NCBI RefSeq assembly: GCF_009914755.1
Contig: NC_060948.1
Direction: 5' to 3' (one strand)
DNA length: 64,000 nucleotides
Origin: the human T2T-CHM13v2.0 reference genome, Homo sapiens
The translations under genes were made by a program, and so were the position numbers. Under the pieces are notes generated by a model. It was given only the letters and a program-made list of their open reading frames with translations, ran no database searches and was not told the origin of the DNA. Positions 61,507-64,000 of the stretch are shown in pieces. The stretch's first letter is position 1. Each line of letters begins with the position of its first letter.

Positions 61507-63301
61507 AGATCCATATTTTTTAAATGAAAAAAAATTTCAAAGGTACTCTGCTTGGTACAATAATCAAATGTATAAACTGAGGAATAAAACATAACCATGA
61601 AACCTACTTATAACTGCATATGGAAAATACAGAGGATAATTTTTTAAATAACATATTTTGAAAGCCTTAACTAGTAATTTGAAGAGTTGGCATTTGAAAG
61701 GCCAGTATGAATATACCTTCAAAGCAGCAACACAGGTTCCCCATGAGAAAAAGCAAACACAGGGAAAATAAAAACACAAAGGTTCAATCTCTTCTGACCT
61801 TTGAAAGACACAGCACAGACAGTGGTCCTTAGGACGAAGAGCAGGAGACCCCTAATTCCGTCACCATGGCGATAGGGCATAAACATTGCTGGGTGAGGGC
61901 ACAATCCACATTGTGAGGTCCAAGTGCTGCCAGGAAGACAGGAGTGCTTTTACATAGACCGAAAGGTCATTGAAGGCTCAGAGTTTTGTTTCAAGAACTG
62001 AATCCCAAGCCCACACGTTATTAGGCTGCGCTTCTTAAAACAAGTTATGAGATGGGAAAAAGGGCACCCACAAACATACGTATACATTATGTATATAATA
62101 ATATACAGTATCATATATATAATATATATAACCTATGTATAATATTGTTTTACATCCTGCATCTTATGTTATATATATTGTATAAAATATAATAATTGAT
62201 AATATATAAGTTTTATAATTCTACAATATGACATATAGTATATATTATAATTTATGACATATATAATATATGTCATATATCATATATAGAATATATTATA
62301 CGGTTAATATACGTATTAAATATAAATTATACGTTATATATATTATATATAATATATCTGTTATATATAATACCCATTATGCATAATATATATATTATGT
62401 CTATGTTATATATAGTATAAAACAACATATAATAATATATAATTGTATATATAAAATGCGACATATAATATATATTATATTTTATAACATATGTAATATA
62501 TATTATATATTATCTATAATACGTTGTATGTATAATACCTATATTAAATATATATTATATGACTATGTTATTAATTACATGTCACATGTGTTATATATTA
62601 TATATTTTACATAGAATATACCGGTTACATACAATATATACTATGTTACCTATAATGTATAATTTATTACATGTAAAATAAAGAATGCAATATATTATGT
62701 ATAATTTATAATATACCATATGTGGAATGTGATATATATAACATATAATATATGATATATGATATACAGTATATGATATATAACATACAATATATGATTC
62801 CTAATATATATGGTATACAATATATATTTTATGATATGTATTCTATATGTTTTATATTCTGTTATATATAACTATTTGAAATTATATATAACTGTATAAT
62901 ATTTTTTGTAAATATGTAATATAATATATATAACTATATAATATATTATATATAACTATATATTATGTTATATATACTTTTATAACATAATTTACATAAA
63001 ATATCATAATATAATCTATATTATATTATTTCATATTACATAATATATATTACATATCACCCAATATAACTAACATACATAATATTATAATATAGATTAT
63101 ATTGTGTTATATTAAATATCATATATATCATGTATCATATATTCTATAATATATATTACACATTATATAATATGTATGTTGTCTATTATGTGATATATAT
63201 AACTCTATATATAATTATATTTTTATACATATAACTAGATAAACATGTAATTCTACATATTTTCATTTATAATATGTAGAATTATATAATCATATATAAT
63301 T

Positions 63302-63337
63302 ATTTATATTCTATAAAAAATTTTATAGAATATAAAT
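63302..63337. repeat. Perfect inverted repeat with 17 bp arms and a 2 nt spacer, unique to this unit
   Basis: atttatattctataaaa-aa-ttttatagaatataaat; the two arms are exact reverse complements. Confidence 0.93.
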
Positions 63338-63622
63338 TATATAATAAATTATAATATATAAAAATTATAATATGTACTACAAATATATATATTATATATC
63401 ACATATGATATAGTACCTTTGTTATATATCATAATACATATAAATGTGTATTATGTTATCTATAATTATATAATTTCATATATAAGATGTATAATATGTA
63501 TCATATATTATATATGTTATGTAACATATATAGTATATATAAGATGACACAGGATAAATATTATATACTATGACATATAAAATATATGAGGTTATATGTT
63601 ACATATAAGGCATAGCACATAA

Positions 63623-63937
<315 letters not shown>

Positions 63938-64000
63938 AGATCCATATTTTTTAAGTGAAAAAAAATTTCAAAGGTACTCTGCTTGGTACAATAATCAAAT

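Overview
The whole 64 kb window is one uninterrupted head-to-tail satellite array of about 26.5 copies of a ~2.42 kb unit (2412-2431 bp). Each unit has three parts: a diverged, 5'-truncated minus-strand Alu (292 bp), a ~570 bp moderately GC segment (HSATI-like) and a ~1.55 kb extremely AT-rich, (AT)n-derived tract. This structure matches human DYZ2/HSat1B satellite, most probably Yq12 heterochromatin. The GGCC sites predict a ~2.14 kb HaeIII fragment, consistent with the classical 2.1 kb male-specific band. I see no credible genes, RNA genes, inversion or DYZ1/HSat3 junction, and the ORF-track hits are repeat artefacts. I found no new biological system. The notable signals concern how the array mutates and turns over: a divergent variant block with two ancestral Alu states (~10.1-21.1 kb), recent monomer and dimer duplications, patchy variant sharing between distant units, and two apparent template-switch (fold-back) mutations. 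One of these created a 17 bp-arm AT-rich palindrome at 63302-63337. Unit comparisons were done by eye and need alignment to confirm.
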